DNA of 64,000 bases from an uncultured Brevinematales bacterium (GTDB lineage: Bacteria; Spirochaetota; Brevinematia; Brevinematales; JAOACQ01): positions 6,293 to 70,292 of the forward strand of contig CAZHNM010000011.1 of assembly GCA_964533855.1 (NCBI GenBank), written 5' to 3'. The stretch's first letter is position 1, and every line of letters starts with the position of its first letter. The position numbers and the translations under genes are program-made. Of this stretch, positions 61,719-64,000 are shown one piece after another. Under the pieces are notes generated by a model that was given only the letters and a program-made list of their open reading frames with translations, had not been told where the DNA came from and searched no databases.

Positions 61719-63008
61719 ATGAAATCGAAGTTTGTCAGCATAGGGTATTCCGCCGGTGCGATAGGCATGGTCGAGGCGATAAGAAAGGTGGATAAAAAAT
61801 CTAAAATACTCGCCCTAACAAAAGAAAATTTCACGGCATACGGCAGGCCCGCTATCGTGGATTACGCAATGGGCAAGATCGATGATGACGGGATAGCCTA
61901 CAAGGGTAAGGATTATTCCCGGATGCGCGGAGTAGACACGCTGCTCGGTAAAGAGGCTGTCAAAATCAATCCCGTTGAGCATACCGTCAAAACCTCCGAC
62001 GGAATGACGATAGAGTATGAAAAACTTCTCCTTAACATAGGCGGCAGACCCATAAGCCCGCCGATCCCCGGAAAGGAATTAAAAGGGGTCATGTATTTTT
62101 TCAACATAGAGGACGCAAGGCAGATGCGGCGGATGGTCCTAGAGAACGGCGCTAAAAGGGCTGTTGTAATAGGCGGAGGCCTGATAGGCCTGAAAGCCAC
62201 GGAGGCTCTTTCCCATCTCGGGGTTAGCGTGTCCATCGTCGAACTTGCGCCGGCGATACTTTCGAGAGGCCTGGATCCGGTAGGATCCGGTCTGATGACA
62301 AAAAAACTCTGCGAATTCGGGGTTAATATCTATACAGGCGACGAGGTCGTCGAGATCCTAGGAGATAAAAAGGTAAAATCCGTCAGGCTAAAGAGCGGTA
62401 TTGTTATAGAAACCGACATGGTATTCATATCGATAGGCGTTTACCCCGATACAAAACTCGCCGAGGAATGCGGCCTCAAGGTCTCGAAAGGCATCGAGGT
62501 CGACAGGAATATGAAAACAAGCGCAAAGGATATTTACGCGGCCGGCGACGCCGCCAAGGGCTATAACTTCGTAACAAAAGAAAATATGGTCATAGCCATC
62601 TGGCCGGTTGCCAGGAAGATGGGATACTTTGCCGGACTGTCGATGATGGGTATCGAATGCGAATACGACGGTTCCATACCGATGAATTCCCTCTATTTTG
62701 ACGATCTTTACACGATATCCTTCGGGGAGACCAATCCGCGCGATCCCTCGTCATACGAGATCCTCGAGAGATTTTACGACAGCCGCACTTACAGAAAGAT
62801 ATTTATCAAAGACGGCCTCATTGCAGGCGCGGTCTTCGTGGGAGATATATCGAGATCGGGAATCGTGAAAGGAATGATCTACGAAAAGATTCCTGTCGCC
62901 TCTTTCATGGACAAGCTGCTTCAAAAGGATTTCTCGTTTATAAACGCGCCTAAAAAATACAGGGACCTCATTTATACGAATCCCTTTATAGACCTGGAAG
63001 CCGTTTAA
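61719..63008 (+). CDS. FAD/NAD(P)-dependent pyridine nucleotide-disulfide-type oxidoreductase
   Basis: Two dinucleotide-binding motifs (IGYSAGAIG; VVIGGGLIGLKATEAL) and the IYAAGDAA motif. 429 aa. Confidence 0.85.
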   Translation: MKSKFVSIGYSAGAIGMVEAIRKVDKKSKILALTKENFTAYGRPAIVDYAMGKIDDDGIAYKGKDYSRMRGVDTLLGKEAVKINPVEHTVKTSDGMTIEYEKLLLNIGGRPISPPIPGKELKGVMYFFNIEDARQMRRMVLENGAKRAVVIGGGLIGLKATEALSHLGVSVSIVELAPAILSRGLDPVGSGLMTKKLCEFGVNIYTGDEVVEILGDKKVKSVRLKSGIVIETDMVFISIGVYPDTKLAEECGLKVSKGIEVDRNMKTSAKDIYAAGDAAKGYNFVTKENMVIAIWPVARKMGYFAGLSMMGIECEYDGSIPMNSLYFDDLYTISFGETNPRDPSSYEILERFYDSRTYRKIFIKDGLIAGAVFVGDISRSGIVKGMIYEKIPVASFMDKLLQKDFSFINAPKKYRDLIYTNPFIDLEAV

Positions 63009-63032
63009 TAAAAAGATTAACGGATGATAAAG

Positions 63033-63072
63033 AAAAGGGGCTGTCCCGAAAGGGATGGCCCCTTTTCCTTTT
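63033..63072. terminator. Bidirectional hairpin terminator between convergent genes
   Basis: aaggggctgtccc-gaaa-gggatggcccctt (11/13 paired), flanked by an A-run upstream and ttttcctttt downstream. Confidence 0.7.
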
Positions 63073-63080
63073 AAAGGATA

Positions 63081-63587
63081 TTATTTTTTGCTTTCTATGA
63101 ACTTGTTCAGGGATTCGACGAGGTCCTGGAGTTCATCGCCCTTTCTGAGGCGGAAACGCAGGGTCTTGATATCGATCTTGCCTGAAGCGGCTTCATCGAG
63201 GGTCCTCTTGATCCTGTAGACAGGGCCGGCCATTTTATGTGAAATAAACAGCCCGAAGAGAGCGATAACAAGTATAAAGATGATGCTCATGCCGACGAGA
63301 GGCTTTAAATAAATTTCAAATATATTCTCGGGTTTGCCCATATTGAAATATTTGTTCAGGATGACAGTATCCTTGGCCTTATCGGTATCCGATTCATTGT
63401 AAAGGGCCTGGAGTTTTTTACTGTCAGTCATGAAATACAGGCCTTTGTTATATCTGAAATTGTTTACTACACCGAGGGCCAGAATAGCGACAGCAAGGCT
63501 GATTATTATAAGGACTGAAAACCTGTAAATAAACCTTAACTGGAAAGGTTTGTCGATGAAGTATCTCCACCTGAATTTTTTATTCAC
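63081..63587 (-). CDS. Two-TM HAMP-domain protein (no output domain)
   Basis: TM1 (FSVLIIISLAVAILALGVV), periplasmic loop, TM2, then a HAMP-like segment (ISHKMAGPVYRIKRTLDEAASGKID...GDELQDLVESLNKFIE). 168 aa. Confidence 0.6.
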   Translation of the reverse strand: MNKKFRWRYFIDKPFQLRFIYRFSVLIIISLAVAILALGVVNNFRYNKGLYFMTDSKKLQALYNESDTDKAKDTVILNKYFNMGKPENIFEIYLKPLVGMSIIFILVIALFGLFISHKMAGPVYRIKRTLDEAASGKIDIKTLRFRLRKGDELQDLVESLNKFIESKK

Positions 63588-63786
63588 AAAAGCCTCCTAC
63601 TGATAATTTACCTTTTATGATCGGCATCGGGCCTTCAATAGTTTAAGCAGGGCCGGATATCCATTATTTTATCGTAATAAGCTGTTAAGTCAATACATGA
63701 AATGTAATTTCCAAATTTCGATAAATCTGCGGTATATTATATATAGCATTGCCGGCATTTCGATCCGGGAGGGGGAGGTGGAGGGT

Positions 63787-64000
63787 TGAATTTTTATTCT
63801 TTGCTTTCCGCAATAGCTTTTACAATTTATTTAGAGCTGTCCGTATTCGTGTTTTTAAGGTGCAAAAAATCCCTTGAGAATTTTCTCGCAGCAGTGACGT
63901 TCTTTATGCTGGGGATTGTTTCCCTCTGCCATGCATATATATACAGCGCTCCCGACGCCGGAGCAGCCCTTGTTTTCCTGCAGGCAGGCACCATATTTGT
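63787..64000 (+). CDS. 5' end of a membrane protein CDS running out of the window
   Basis: TTG 63787 is preceded by GGAGGTGGAGG. The frame is open to the window end and hydrophobic (LLSAIAFTIYLELSVFVFL...). It is not in the ORF track because it is truncated. Confidence 0.3.

Overview
Bacterial chromosomal window, probably from a draft or metagenome-assembled genome. It uses the standard code: TAA, TAG and TGA all terminate well-supported genes, and AGGAGG-type RBSs are common. Every family call below comes from motif recognition by eye, since no database search was possible. Composition is mosaic, with AT-rich and GC-rich blocks alternating. In order, the window contains: (1) a Cys-rich MarR-type regulator translationally coupled to the mercury-methylation pair hgcA-hgcB; (2) accessory genes, including a GC-rich SDR gene beside an IS3-type transposase remnant, two HEAT-repeat proteins, and an AGE-family enzyme with two sugar-ABC permeases split by an acyltransferase-3 gene; (3) core genes: a sigma54-type promoter with amtB-glnK, then prfA, a sugar-sensor-like GGDEF cyclase, miaA and murD; (4) an orphan AddA-like UvrD helicase/PD-(D/E)xK nuclease, followed by a TM-less TrwB/TraD-like (type IV coupling protein family) ATPase translationally coupled to a polytopic membrane protein; (5) two uncharacterised operons that share a nearly identical promoter/operator element, encoding an eqolisin-like protein, a small OMP-like protein, membrane proteins, a 7TM-LuxR regulator and a REC-PilZ protein; (6) a roughly 20 kb envelope-glycan locus with six GT-C-like polytopic membrane proteins, two polyprenyl-phosphate GT2/GtrA modules and a complete GDP-D-glycero-alpha-D-manno-heptose pathway, interrupted by an AT-rich island that carries a glycine-zipper/M15-like peptidase; (7) a glutamate-synthase-like operon (GXGXG, Fd-FMN, 4Fe-4S and FAD-oxidoreductase genes) with no amidotransferase gene. 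No rRNA, tRNA or CRISPR array was recognised. Several genes show frame disruptions (an in-frame TGA, a T5-run frameshift, a missing start). These could reflect pseudogenisation or homopolymer assembly errors.
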